Sequence record: MN453779.2
DNA: 64,000 nt
Direction: 5' to 3' (one strand)
Part shown: positions 36,378 through 47,581 of the stretch, piece after piece
How the letters are laid out: each line of letters begins with the position of its first letter
How positions within the stretch are numbered: position 1 is the first letter of the stretch
Translations under genes and position numbers: made by a program
The notes under the pieces: model-generated
Databases searched by the model: none
What the model was told of the DNA's origin: nothing
What the model saw: only the letters and a program-made list of their open reading frames with translations

Positions 36378-38576
36378 TCATCGATTGAGAGGTCTCGATA
36401 TCACCAGGCGTCCAAAATCGCCTATAATAGAATCCGCAACGACATTGGCGACGCTGGAAGCCTTGAACATATTTTTAGTATCTGTAGTAAAACGTGTTAA
36501 TCTCCTGTTAAGGTCGGCATAACGTAAAACCGTATCTAAATAGTCAACACCAGCAGTGCGGTTTATCCAGTCGTTGTACTTACCTCTGTCACCTAAATAC
36601 CGGCTTGATTGAGCTGCCATGTTAGCAAGATCAAGGGGGTTGGTTACACGACTAATGGGTACTGAGAGGATAGGTTCAAAGTCAGCCACATCGATCGTAA
36701 CTCTACAGTTACGAGGTTTCATATCTGTAGTCCAACCAAGCGGACCTTCACCGAAAGTAATGGATGCGTTTCTTACCATTCCCATGCGGATAATTGATTT
36801 CCCTCGCTGGAAACATTTAATCATGAATGGTGAACCGTAAGTAGAGCCACCAGTACTAAATGGTACAATGAACGGTAGAATCAATGAGAGTGGTAAAAAG
36901 ACGTTAGTAGCAATTGAGTATGGATGTGCATAAGGTGCTTCAAAGAACAAACTGAAACTTTCAGTATGAAGGTTAGCTGTACTATCTTGCCAGTGTTCTG
37001 GGATTTCTACACGACTATTACCAAGAATACTAAGTGGGAGTGCGCCCAATACTGAACCAGTAGCGACGCCGGCAACAGCATCTTTCATAGTAGTAATCAG
37101 ATTGTCTATTAACCCAATACCAGTTGCTCCGCCTTGAATATTGAACTTGAAATCTGAAACAGCTTGCACTGTACTGTTGAATGTTGATGCAATGGCTGAT
37201 TGCTGGAAAGAGTTACTAAATGAATCAGAAACCGGTCCGGTTCCTTCAACTCTAAAACTAACCCCATCCATACCACCGTAGAGTTGATCCATTAAAACGG
37301 AACCAATCTCTGTTAACCAACCATTCTCATCGATACCAGAGTCGTCAGTAATAGTAGGGACGTTACCTTCCAATTGCGGAGGTGTGCTGGAACTTGCAGT
37401 ACTAGAGCTGTTATTATCCAACCCGACACTTTCGTTATTAAATGAATTTAATCTAGAACGGATGTCATTAAGGGGATTTTCAGATACTCCGCTAGAGACA
37501 GAAAGGGCTGGATTAGAAGGTTTAATTTTAGAGTAAGCTTCCGGATCGGTATAAGCGGAAGCTACTTCGGGATAAGCTATTTCATCTTCCCCTCTAGAAG
37601 CCGCTACGCTACGTAATTCGGCATCTAAGAACTCTTTAGTACCTTTACCTTCAGCTCTGGTTCCTCTTCCATTAACGAAGTTACCGTCACGAATAAGCTG
37701 ATCCAAGATCTGCTCAATAGCTTTATCTTTTTCCTCAACTGTTCTAATCCCAGTATTCTTATCGAGATCTTTTACTTTAGATAGGAAATGGCGATACTTA
37801 CGAACACCACGTAGACTTAATCTAGTAATGTCAATTGTACCGTCTTCGTTAATAGCATCTGGGAATAAGGAATTCATATACGCAAAGTTATTACGCATAG
37901 CGGAACTATTAGTTTCGTAACCCCTATTACCGGCTTTGGCACGATCGCCAGCTCTTACATCCAAGGTGTTACCTTGCTTGGGTAATACAGTAAGGGTGTA
38001 GCCCGCGTTTACCATTAAGTCGTTGAAGATCCCTTGGCTGGCGGTAAAGTACATCCCCATTGCTAGTTTACCGTAGTACCACTTGTTCTTAGGTTCATTC
38101 ATCAAGTATTCAAAGAAATTATAACTGGTAGCTAGAATCTGAGCCGGCCAGAATGCAATAGCTCCAGCTGCTTGACCTATATAGAACGCCCAAGAAGGAG
38201 CGCGTCCTTTAGTTACCATTACAGAAGCAGAATAATCAAACATGTTCAAAAGGAATGTCAAGAGCCCTGTAAACTCTGGTACACAAGCCGTAAGCGTAAC
38301 AGTTTGTGCATTATCATGATGAATACGTTTATAAAACCTTCCCATATTTCCCATGCGGTTTTCCATTATCGGTTTAGGATAAGGATCGGTATTTAAACCG
38401 TAACCTGGGAGTGGGTTAATGTATCTGTTATCTCCAATAGCTGTGGAGAAGAAACTGGTATAAAGATCGTAGTCAGATCTGATAAGCACTTCTTCTGGAT
38501 TACGAATACCGTCACTCATTAAACGAAATGAGCGAGATATCACGTTATCGTCTTTATAAGGAAGCTTGACGCTCAT
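36378..38576 (-). CDS. Tail/baseplate structural protein (phiKZ gp182-like position)
   Basis: 732 aa directly downstream of the giant tail protein, as in phiKZ synteny. Confidence 0.6.
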   Translation of the reverse strand: MSVKLPYKDDNVISRSFRLMSDGIRNPEEVLIRSDYDLYTSFFSTAIGDNRYINPLPGYGLNTDPYPKPIMENRMGNMGRFYKRIHHDNAQTVTLTACVPEFTGLLTFLLNMFDYSASVMVTKGRAPSWAFYIGQAAGAIAFWPAQILATSYNFFEYLMNEPKNKWYYGKLAMGMYFTASQGIFNDLMVNAGYTLTVLPKQGNTLDVRAGDRAKAGNRGYETNSSAMRNNFAYMNSLFPDAINEDGTIDITRLSLRGVRKYRHFLSKVKDLDKNTGIRTVEEKDKAIEQILDQLIRDGNFVNGRGTRAEGKGTKEFLDAELRSVAASRGEDEIAYPEVASAYTDPEAYSKIKPSNPALSVSSGVSENPLNDIRSRLNSFNNESVGLDNNSSSTASSSTPPQLEGNVPTITDDSGIDENGWLTEIGSVLMDQLYGGMDGVSFRVEGTGPVSDSFSNSFQQSAIASTFNSTVQAVSDFKFNIQGGATGIGLIDNLITTMKDAVAGVATGSVLGALPLSILGNSRVEIPEHWQDSTANLHTESFSLFFEAPYAHPYSIATNVFLPLSLILPFIVPFSTGGSTYGSPFMIKCFQRGKSIIRMGMVRNASITFGEGPLGWTTDMKPRNCRVTIDVADFEPILSVPISRVTNPLDLANMAAQSSRYLGDRGKYNDWINRTAGVDYLDTVLRYADLNRRLTRFTTDTKNMFKASSVANVVADSIIGDFGRLVISRPLNR

Positions 38577-38601
38577 CTGGTTACCTCTAAAAAGAAAAAG
38601 G

Positions 38602-38627
38602 GAGTAGGAGGTTTGACCCTCCTACTC
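38602..38627 (-). terminator. Rho-independent terminator
   Basis: GAGTAGGAGG/CCTCCTACTC stem with a T-tract on the minus strand. Confidence 0.75.
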
Positions 38628-38634
38628 AGTTTTA

Positions 38635-41600
38635 TTAATTCATCCTCACCCCACTTTGTTGTTTAGCGAGACGATTGATACCTTCATTCAGAGTATCGAC
38701 GGATGTGATCAACCTAGCCATTGCAGCTGTGTTGGCTTCATCGTTAACAGCCAGAGGACCGTCAGGTAACTTGAGTTCTACCGGAACTTCTTTGGTAGAT
38801 GTCTTCATTACATTAGACTGATTAACAGCAGGGGTATTAGTTGCTGTATTACTCGGTTGTTGCGGAGCAGCAATACTCGGTGGAGGAGCCGGTACCTTAG
38901 GCTTACTAGCAGGAGAAGCTGTAGGAGTACTAGTTGGTGAAACAGGTTTATTAGAAACCTTAGCAGTATCTGCCGCGTTCATCAAACTGTTGATGTCCTC
39001 CTTAGCATCTGGGTTAACAGCTTTGTTACCATCGACGTGATCAGGTGGAACATTACTATCTGGAACAGAAGGTAATTGGGCTTGTTCGTTACTAATCTGA
39101 ACAGAGCCCTGTTCACCAGTATCTGGTACAGATATATCTCCCCGGTTAAGACGATCCAAGTACTCTTGATAGTATTGCCTACGTTCATCTGAGCCAGGAA
39201 CGGGATTACCACCATTGATACCACGCATGGCGGTTTCAAAATCACCTGTCTGGGCAATAGAACGCATAGCTTTACTATTAAGTAAGAATCGTACAGCAGA
39301 TTCAGCCATTACGTTAGGATCTTCAGACACGATACGTGGATTGGATACAACATCAATCCCAGTTTCTTGTTTGAATTTCTCGTAGTTAGCCTTGCCTGTT
39401 AACTGGAACAGTCCTCTACCACGGTATAACCAACCGTCTTCCGGTTTAGTGTTACCAAGCGTCGGACCTTTGGGAGCTCTACCGTAAACGTACATGGCGC
39501 GTTCAGGCGGAGACATGGCTGCAACCTTTTCAGCTGTGGCCATATCAGGAATATTACGGAAGTACCTCTTCAGAGTAGGGGCAGACCAGTTGGTATTCTC
39601 TACAGTAGCTGAATAGTTCCCTGTTTCCTTCTTAGCCATAGCCAACGCAAGAGCCAACATCTTCTTATCAGTTACACCAGCTTTTAACAAGTGGTTTAAT
39701 AAGAGCTGTTCACCTTGAGCAGGATCCATCTTGATCCCTTTGTCATCACCTGCTAACTTCTGGAACTCTGGATTAAAAGTATCTGACCAACCAAGGTTTA
39801 CATTCCCGCCTTGTAAGTTGTAGTTAGTACCAAACCCAATACCGTTGTTATTACGACCATCGGCAGTAAATGAATTACCAGTTCCACCACCGTAAATACC
39901 AACATTACCAGCAGAGACATTTCGGTTTTTACCATACACTTTATCAAACAGTGCATTGGTATTAACCTGGACTTGGTTAGAGTCGATTTTACTTCCGTTT
40001 ACTTTCTCATCGTAAGTAAGTGAACGCTCATCTTCTAACTCAGGTTCTTTCAGTCTTGCTTTTGTGGCCTTAGCATCCAAAGACTTAAGATACTTCTCAA
40101 CACGATCAGGCCAGCTACCAGAATTGGAATTTTCAAATGGAGATACTTTCACATCCCATACTGACACTTCTTCTTGCTGATATATAACCCGAGTTTCTGA
40201 TAAGAATCTAGCCAACTTAGCTTTGTTGGTATCAGAGAGTGATCTCCAACCTTGCTTAGGTAGCTGATTACGGAGACGTTTCATTTCCTTAACGTATTGT
40301 TGTAATACAGGTAAGAAACGATTCTGGAACCACAGATGCCAGTTAGACTCACCATTAGTTGTTTCAATCCTAAATTGCGCTTTAAACAGATTAAATACTC
40401 TAGTAGGGTTACCACTAAAGACCGCTTCCGTTCCAAGCGTGTTAATCAGATCTTCACAATAACGTTCCAGTCTAAGTACGGCATCTACTCGCCAAGGCAT
40501 GTTGTCGATGTTACCATAAACACCTAAACGGACCATAGTAAATGGATCGATAGCTGTATTAGCATCTTTATGCAAATCAGAGATATCGATTTCTCTTACA
40601 GCTTGCGGTGTTTGGAACTTACGATCAACTTCTTCCTGAGCGAGTTTATTAGCTCGATCTCCAAAACTATTACTGAACCACCCTGCAAGACCGTCCGGAG
40701 TCTTTTCGTTGAGCACTCTGCTACGACGCTCTACATCTGTTTCTAGTTTGAACTCTTCTTCAGGAGTGGGGTATTTCTTACGAAGTTCTGACAGTAAAGA
40801 ACTAACCAAGTTCTCAGTCATCACTCGATTAAGAATACCTTCCCTTGGATCTATCTGAACTTGGACTTCATAAGGGAATGGATCCAAAGTACCCATAGAT
40901 GTTCTTACACGTTCACAGAGTAGTGTAACTTCATAGCTCTCTTTGCGGTCAAACTCGTTGATGTCACCATGTCTACCTACGGATACTGCTACAGCGTACA
41001 GCAAGAACACTGGTTTGAAACGTGCATTAAACCAAGTGTGAACTTGATCAAATGGAACACTATCTCCACCTTTAGCAAACTGCTGGAGGATCTGTGCAAC
41101 AGGAGCATTTTGGGTAAAACTTGCCCTGTTATTAGCAATAGCCAAATGAGGAATTAATGCTTGTTCCAACTTAGAGACACGTTTAGCCAAATTACCGTCA
41201 ATACTCTTGATACCGTACTGAGCATAACGAATGCGACGTTGTAGTGAATCAGGAATCTCTTTAGCGCTAACTCCACCAGCACCATCAATGTAAGCTTGTG
41301 CTTCACGACGGTCAGTAAAGAAGGTTCCGTCAGGAGCCCAGAATACACCCTTGTTATCGATAAAGTCACTAGCGGCTTTTGGTAACAAGAATTCCTTAGC
41401 TGTTTTCAAAGCAAGTGTAGGTAAGAAGAAATCAGAAGCAGTATCGACAACTTTCTCCATAGTAGTTAACTTTGGACCATTATCGTCTTTACCATCTTCG
41501 TACACATCTCCATCAGTGGGTTCATCTTCACCACCAAAGGCATCGGCTGCGTACATCCCGCCACCTACTACAGCACCAGTACCTAGTAAAGCAGCCAACA

Positions 41601-44600
41601 TCTTACCACGACCACCCAACTTGCCAAGCGCTCCACCGATCTTACCTCTTACCCCTCCTTTACCAGCACTACCTAATGCATCCCCTAAACCACCTGCTGC
41701 TGTTTTAGCCATGGTGGCTTTAGTCAGAGCAGTGAAACCCCACTTCATTAATTTGAAGATGGGAGAAGCTACACCCAACACTCCCGAGAACAACATACTA
41801 CCGATAGAAGCTAAGCGTTTTCCAGAGTTAACCAGAGAACCCATAATCAAACCACCTAAGGTTCCAATGGGATTCTTAATAAGACGCATGGCAAAATCAC
41901 CCATCCCTCCCATCAAGCTAAAGAGTTTACCGAAGATGCCTTGCTTTTCGGTTTTCTCTCCCTCTTTAGGTTCTTTCATTCCTTCAGCAATATCGATGAT
42001 GGAGTCCTGAACCTTTTCTTGTTTCTCTGCTTTCTCTTGACGGATCTTATCTTCCAGAGAGTTTAACCTCAAACCTTTAGTGATAGGCGACCCTATTGGA
42101 TCACTTTCACCATCAAAGTTATCTGGAATATCAATACCAAACTTCTGAGACAATATAGCATAGATACGATCTAAACGACGTTCAACACCACGGTTACTAC
42201 TTTGGCCTGGTTTACCACCTACAGAACCTTCTGTATCACTCTGTGGACGATTATAACCGAACTTACCTAAGATGGTATCAAGACCTGATCTAGCCAGTCC
42301 AGCGGCTGTTTCTGCTAATCCTGAAGCAGCACTACCTACAGCTCTTACTTTCTGACCAGTTGCTGTGATAAGACCTTGATCAAACTCAATTTGAGAGATA
42401 ACCTCATTCCCTTCACTGTCATAAACAGGTCCAGTTATTTCGTTCCATCCCCAAATAGGTTTAATAGAACCAGTGGTATCTTCAATTGAGTATTCACCTT
42501 CTTTGAACTTCACAGCTCTAAGTCTAGGAGTCTTCTCACCTTTCACATATACATCTTGCTGGTAAATGAGATTCTTACCCATCTCCATCACAGACTTAAT
42601 ACGTGTTAGTGGATCAACAAAGTTATAAGCACCAACTACGGCATCTTTGAGCTTAACAATGCCAGAGAGAACCACCGCTCTACCATCAGCACCAAAGATT
42701 TTACCACCTAACTCCTTAATAGTTATGGTAACCTTTTCAGCTGCATCAAAGATTGGACCTTTAATATCACGCCAAGTGTTTATCACACGACGTTTTACAG
42801 CATCGTAATAATCACCAGCTTTTAACTTAGATGACTTAAGAATCGGGTTGCCGTTCTCATCAAGAATATCTTCTTCATCAGAAGGTTCGTCACCTACCGC
42901 ATTCTCATTGTCAACCCTACCCCAATGTTGTACTAAAGCACCTAGAGCGACACCACCTACTCCAGCGGCTGCTGCTAGAATTGGATTTTGGATAAAATGA
43001 GAACTAACACCACCTAAAATAGAACCTAAGATTAATGGCTGGTTTTGCATAACCATTTCAAACCCTTTACCCAAGATATTAGTTGGGAGGATTTTCTTAA
43101 GTCTATTAATAACATCAAAGTTATAACGATCAGCTTGACGTTCCTCAGTTTCTGACTTGGCTTGCTTGTTAAACAATTTACCATCTTTAACAATAGTCAA
43201 AAGTTCTGTAAACAACGCATCCATATTAGAAGTTGAAGTTGCGATCTTATCAATGTTGGTAATTACTTCACCGGTATGTGTGTCAAAGTAAGCCTGTGGT
43301 CCCTTAGAACTTTCTGTATTAACTTTGGAAGTATTATCAACCAATCTGCTAAGCTGAGCTGACAAATCGCTTATGGAACTATTGAGTTCGTTAAACGTAT
43401 TGTTAGTAGAAGCTGAACCAGTTGGTGATTTAGGAACGATGAATCCACCTTTACCGTCACTAACAGGTTTCTTGGAAGTGGTATCGAACATACCCTTCAA
43501 TTGAGGGTTATTAGGGTTCTCCATGAACTGTCCCAACCTTTCGTGGAAAATGTCCATGTTAACTTTCTCTACCCCAGCTTCAGTGTAAATGACACCAAGA
43601 TCTCTAAGGAGTTGTTCATTACCAGTAGAACGAAGCATGTCGATGCGCTCTGCTACATTGGGGAAAAGTTCCTTCATGTTAGCAGCAGTGGCAGAAGCTA
43701 CGTTAAGGCGCTCGTTACCTTCATTACTACGCATGTCGGTCATGCGCTTAAGTTTATCAAAACCCTTAGCAGATTTAAACTCAGAAACATCTTGGTCATT
43801 AAGTCCAAAGTGACGTTTCATTACAGCATGGATTTCTTTTTGGTGAGCGCCAGAAACGTTAGGAATATCACCAAGATAATAGAATGGGTTAAACCCTTTC
43901 TCTTGATCGACATCTTTAGCGATCTGTTGGGCTAGCGCTTTTCTAGCACCAGCGCTAAGAGAACGCTCTGTATCCAGCCCGTCAACCATCTCCAAAGCTG
44001 CTTGAGCGTAACGACTAAAGTCTCCGTAAGGCATTAAATCAGCTTTAACAGAAATGCGCTTTTCAGAATCAGTTTGGAACTGACCACGCATATAGTTATA
44101 GCTTACACCTTCGATATTCTTTTCGCCAGTACGAATCCCTTCGGTGCTGGTTAAGATCCTACTAAGCAACCCTGGGATAACCTCATTGAGTGTGATATTG
44201 TTAGTCTCTTTCCAGATACCTGGATTATTGAGATCTTTTACATTACGTTTATTAAGGGTATATTGAGTGCCACGAGATTTAGTAATCTCTGACATGAAGC
44301 TGTTAACGGAAGCTTTAGCTTTGTTGGTGGCTGCATTCTTAGCAACCCAAATAGCCTTTGGAATAGGTTTCTTACCAGGAGGAAGTTGATCTAAGTAATC
44401 TTGATAATCAAGATACTCCATCTCGTCCATAGCTTCGTAATCTTCAGCAAGGTAGTTAATTAACCCAACACCAGAAGTAGAAGCGTAAGAAGCTTTATTA
44501 CCAAAGTTAGTCAATTTGCCAAACATTTCTTGGAACTGCTTAGCTTCTTTGGGATTTTTAGCTGCTAGCTTATTAATCCAATCTTTACCTTTACCACGTT

Positions 44601-45690
44601 CAAAGAAGTAAGGAATATTGGAAACGAACATACTACCGAGTTGTTTGCCGATTAGATCACCAATCATCCCTTTGGACATCGGCATTCCATCTGACATGTC
44701 TAACATATCAGCAATTTGTTCTAAAGCAAAATTACCACCTTGATAACCTTCTTGTCTAGCCGACTTACCAAACTTATCCTTAATTAAACCAGTGAGTCCA
44801 CCTACACGTTTACCTATTGTGCTAAAAAGCTTATTTCTCATAAACTCTTTAGAAGCAGTAAAGTTGGACGTCTTTTGGTAATCGCTCATCATACTTGCTT
44901 TTTGAATCTTTTTCAATTCAGCAATTTCAGTATGAATTCCTTTCTCCATAAACTTATAGTACTTGACGTTAGAAACGTAAGTTTTAGCTAATAAAGAAAG
45001 CTTAGCCTGATCCATTCGAAGTTGGACGTTACGTTGGTAGTTAACCAGATCACGCATTCCAGATTCGATGTTAACGAGTTGTCTATTACCAGAAGAGATA
45101 CTCGCGGTGATCATCCCGCCAACATGAGCAGACATGGTATTTAATGTTTCACCTAAAGCTGTGAACATTCCTTCTTGAGCTTCAAGAGAGCGATCAAGCG
45201 CAGCAGCAACATCGTAGTCACTAGTTTCTTCTATAGCTAAACCAGGAGCTTCATAACCACCTAATTTCTCCCAACTAGAAAAGTCTTTCTGGGAGAAATT
45301 CTCGAGCTCATTTGTAATTGAACTGGGCATTCTTTCGCCCATTTTCTTTGACAGATGACCCGCAATGCTTTGTAACGATTTAACAGAAGAAGCATTTTCT
45401 TCTTTAAATTCTGTTTTTAATTCGTCAAATCTACGACCAGCCCAGCTGACCCGATCTAACGCTGTGGAGAATGATTTAGGAAGAATAGTACGAAGTGTTC
45501 GCATTCTTGCTTCGCCACTTCCAACTGTTTCATCGACAATCCCAGAAAGGAATCCGGAGGCCATCCCTCCGACAAACCCTTTCTTTGCATACGGATCCAT
45601 ATCAAAATCCATATCAAAGTCGAGATCTCCACCAAAGGGATCATCATCCCAGTCTAGATCATAAGTATCACTTGCCATACATTCCCCCAC
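38635..45690 (-). CDS. Giant tail / tape-measure protein with GH19 peptidoglycan hydrolase (phiKZ gp181-like)
   Basis: 2351 aa; GH19 motifs KKETG, DGWLYRGRGLFQLTGKANY, INGG near the C-terminus; divergent from the RNAP genes. Confidence 0.85.
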   Translation of the reverse strand: MGECMASDTYDLDWDDDPFGGDLDFDMDFDMDPYAKKGFVGGMASGFLSGIVDETVGSGEARMRTLRTILPKSFSTALDRVSWAGRRFDELKTEFKEENASSVKSLQSIAGHLSKKMGERMPSSITNELENFSQKDFSSWEKLGGYEAPGLAIEETSDYDVAAALDRSLEAQEGMFTALGETLNTMSAHVGGMITASISSGNRQLVNIESGMRDLVNYQRNVQLRMDQAKLSLLAKTYVSNVKYYKFMEKGIHTEIAELKKIQKASMMSDYQKTSNFTASKEFMRNKLFSTIGKRVGGLTGLIKDKFGKSARQEGYQGGNFALEQIADMLDMSDGMPMSKGMIGDLIGKQLGSMFVSNIPYFFERGKGKDWINKLAAKNPKEAKQFQEMFGKLTNFGNKASYASTSGVGLINYLAEDYEAMDEMEYLDYQDYLDQLPPGKKPIPKAIWVAKNAATNKAKASVNSFMSEITKSRGTQYTLNKRNVKDLNNPGIWKETNNITLNEVIPGLLSRILTSTEGIRTGEKNIEGVSYNYMRGQFQTDSEKRISVKADLMPYGDFSRYAQAALEMVDGLDTERSLSAGARKALAQQIAKDVDQEKGFNPFYYLGDIPNVSGAHQKEIHAVMKRHFGLNDQDVSEFKSAKGFDKLKRMTDMRSNEGNERLNVASATAANMKELFPNVAERIDMLRSTGNEQLLRDLGVIYTEAGVEKVNMDIFHERLGQFMENPNNPQLKGMFDTTSKKPVSDGKGGFIVPKSPTGSASTNNTFNELNSSISDLSAQLSRLVDNTSKVNTESSKGPQAYFDTHTGEVITNIDKIATSTSNMDALFTELLTIVKDGKLFNKQAKSETEERQADRYNFDVINRLKKILPTNILGKGFEMVMQNQPLILGSILGGVSSHFIQNPILAAAAGVGGVALGALVQHWGRVDNENAVGDEPSDEEDILDENGNPILKSSKLKAGDYYDAVKRRVINTWRDIKGPIFDAAEKVTITIKELGGKIFGADGRAVVLSGIVKLKDAVVGAYNFVDPLTRIKSVMEMGKNLIYQQDVYVKGEKTPRLRAVKFKEGEYSIEDTTGSIKPIWGWNEITGPVYDSEGNEVISQIEFDQGLITATGQKVRAVGSAASGLAETAAGLARSGLDTILGKFGYNRPQSDTEGSVGGKPGQSSNRGVERRLDRIYAILSQKFGIDIPDNFDGESDPIGSPITKGLRLNSLEDKIRQEKAEKQEKVQDSIIDIAEGMKEPKEGEKTEKQGIFGKLFSLMGGMGDFAMRLIKNPIGTLGGLIMGSLVNSGKRLASIGSMLFSGVLGVASPIFKLMKWGFTALTKATMAKTAAGGLGDALGSAGKGGVRGKIGGALGKLGGRGKMLAALLGTGAVVGGGMYAADAFGGEDEPTDGDVYEDGKDDNGPKLTTMEKVVDTASDFFLPTLALKTAKEFLLPKAASDFIDNKGVFWAPDGTFFTDRREAQAYIDGAGGVSAKEIPDSLQRRIRYAQYGIKSIDGNLAKRVSKLEQALIPHLAIANNRASFTQNAPVAQILQQFAKGGDSVPFDQVHTWFNARFKPVFLLYAVAVSVGRHGDINEFDRKESYEVTLLCERVRTSMGTLDPFPYEVQVQIDPREGILNRVMTENLVSSLLSELRKKYPTPEEEFKLETDVERRSRVLNEKTPDGLAGWFSNSFGDRANKLAQEEVDRKFQTPQAVREIDISDLHKDANTAIDPFTMVRLGVYGNIDNMPWRVDAVLRLERYCEDLINTLGTEAVFSGNPTRVFNLFKAQFRIETTNGESNWHLWFQNRFLPVLQQYVKEMKRLRNQLPKQGWRSLSDTNKAKLARFLSETRVIYQQEEVSVWDVKVSPFENSNSGSWPDRVEKYLKSLDAKATKARLKEPELEDERSLTYDEKVNGSKIDSNQVQVNTNALFDKVYGKNRNVSAGNVGIYGGGTGNSFTADGRNNNGIGFGTNYNLQGGNVNLGWSDTFNPEFQKLAGDDKGIKMDPAQGEQLLLNHLLKAGVTDKKMLALALAMAKKETGNYSATVENTNWSAPTLKRYFRNIPDMATAEKVAAMSPPERAMYVYGRAPKGPTLGNTKPEDGWLYRGRGLFQLTGKANYEKFKQETGIDVVSNPRIVSEDPNVMAESAVRFLLNSKAMRSIAQTGDFETAMRGINGGNPVPGSDERRQYYQEYLDRLNRGDISVPDTGEQGSVQISNEQAQLPSVPDSNVPPDHVDGNKAVNPDAKEDINSLMNAADTAKVSNKPVSPTSTPTASPASKPKVPAPPPSIAAPQQPSNTATNTPAVNQSNVMKTSTKEVPVELKLPDGPLAVNDEANTAAMARLITSVDTLNEGINRLAKQQSGVRMN

Positions 45691-45703
45691 TTAGGAAATA
45701 GCG

Positions 45704-47581
45704 ATGAGTAGACAACCTACTAACTTTACGCTGCTTGATCCTAAAACGTTTCCAATAGAACTCATGTCACCCGTGACAGTAGCAGATTCGTTTGAAGGTC
45801 AAACCACTAACTTACACGAAGACGGACTCTACTCGACCAGGATCTTTGGTCGAGTAGGTACTGATGAACGAGATAAAACCGAATCTTACATTAATTCCTT
45901 ATTGCCCATTTTCAATCCCACGTATTTTAAAGCATTAGTGCAGTTAAAATCACTTTACTTAGATATAGTAAAGGGTAAGGCATATGCTGTATGGGATGAG
46001 ACAGAACGTGATTTCATAAAATCTAACGTCCTGGAAGGCGATACAGGATTTGCGTTTTTTATGACTCATTTTGGTGAATTAGATCCAAAACCAAATCAGT
46101 CTTTTAAACGAACTCAGAAGATCACTTTGGTTAATAATTTCCGTGATCGAGCTTTGAATAAACACATTCCAGTTATTCCGGCGGGGATCCGAGACATTGA
46201 AATCGGACCTACTGGATTAGTTACTGAAAATGAGATTAACGATCTTTATCGTAAATTGATTTTCCGTACTAAGTCACTGACTACCAAGAACCCTGATCCA
46301 CTTGATCCAGTTTATGATAATATTCACTGGGGAATGCAGGAGTCTTTGAACAACATTGACCAACATCTCTTTGAGTTACAGGAGGGTAAACGAGGTTTCA
46401 TGCAGCGTCGAATGAGCCGACGTTCTATCCACTCTGCAACTCGTAACGTGATCGTCTCTCGTAAAGTCTCTGTAGAGAATATGGATGATAATGTCACTGG
46501 CGATCCTAACTCCACTTTTATTGGGATGTACCAAGCACTACTTGGCTATAACCTAGTTGCTACACACGAACTTCTTAACGGTTTCTTATCTGAAGTATTT
46601 ACTCCTGGTTTGGATAAAGCACGTCTAGTGGAACCTAAGAGTTTAGAGAGTGCTTATGTGGATGTAGATCCCTACACAGTAGATAAGTTTACTTCTGCCG
46701 ATGGAATTGGTAAACTCTTTAATGGGTTTAGTGACCCCAATGTTCGTAACCGTCCTATTAAGGTAGCTGGTCATTACTTAGGTTTACTTTATGACGATGG
46801 TAAAAACGTTTGCTTAGTTCATGATGTAAATGACCTAGGTGAAGGAATGGATAAGAAGTATCTCCATCCTGTTACCTATATGCAATTCTTTTATATCCAG
46901 ACCGTAAAAGCAATTGAAAAGAAGATGTTACAAATTACTCGTTACCCAATTACTGGGATAGGATCCATTGTACCTACACGAGTGTTTGTTCTTCCAACTA
47001 CAGCCACGTCAGAATCAAGAACATTGATTGACATCGATGGTAGTAAGTTGGATAGTTTTCACTTCTTTCCAGTGTGGACTAAAAATCCCAGTTACTTTGA
47101 TGGGATGAGTATTAGTAACGTACGCTTAGCAGCTGCTGGTGGTGACTTCGACGGTATTTCTGTTTGCCGCTTTTAGTAGTAATACTAATCGAATAAGTGC
47201 GGAATAAAGCAAGGAATCTCTCCATTTAGAGATAACTTGAACCGAAGGCTTACTGTAAATGGTAAGTCAGGGGCAGAGCGTAGATAGTGAACCTCTTTCA
47301 TTAAAGAGAATATAATCTATCCAAGAGGCCGCACCATCCTACTGGGATGAAAACGTACGCCGATACCCGGAGCGATCTGGGAGTGAAGATAAAAAACTTC
47401 ACATTAACATTTGGACCAACTATCAGCCAACAGCATTCAAGCTAAAGATTCAGTAGAAGAAATTGAGACTTTGTTTGGTAAACGTATATTCTATATTTCT
47501 GGAGCAGGTGACTTCCTATATGACCCTGTACAGGAACCACACGCGTTCCTTTTACGTTCATTGACCAATGGATTATCGTAA
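45704..47581 (+). CDS. rpoC: Virion RNA polymerase beta-prime catalytic subunit (phiKZ gp180-like); spliced join(45704..47155,47414..47581), 539 aa
   Basis: LHEDGLYSTRIFG, EGKRGF, RYP; catalytic GGDFDG|DQ restored by removing the intron; exon 2 is open to TAA 47579-47581. Confidence 0.92.
47156..47413 (+). mobile_element. Group I intron (258 nt, no ORF) in the DFDGD motif
   Basis: 5-prime exon ends in U, intron ends in G; P1 CGGU/GCCG; P3 GTGCGG 47197/CCGCAC 47329; P7 GCGTA 47278/TACGC 47356; P8, P9 (GCGA loop), P9.1. Confidence 0.92.

Noticed and set aside
47156-47176. ISVCRF* as the true C-terminus, or a sequencing error or frameshift
   Set aside because: A complete group I fold and an in-frame downstream exon restoring DFDGD explain it better
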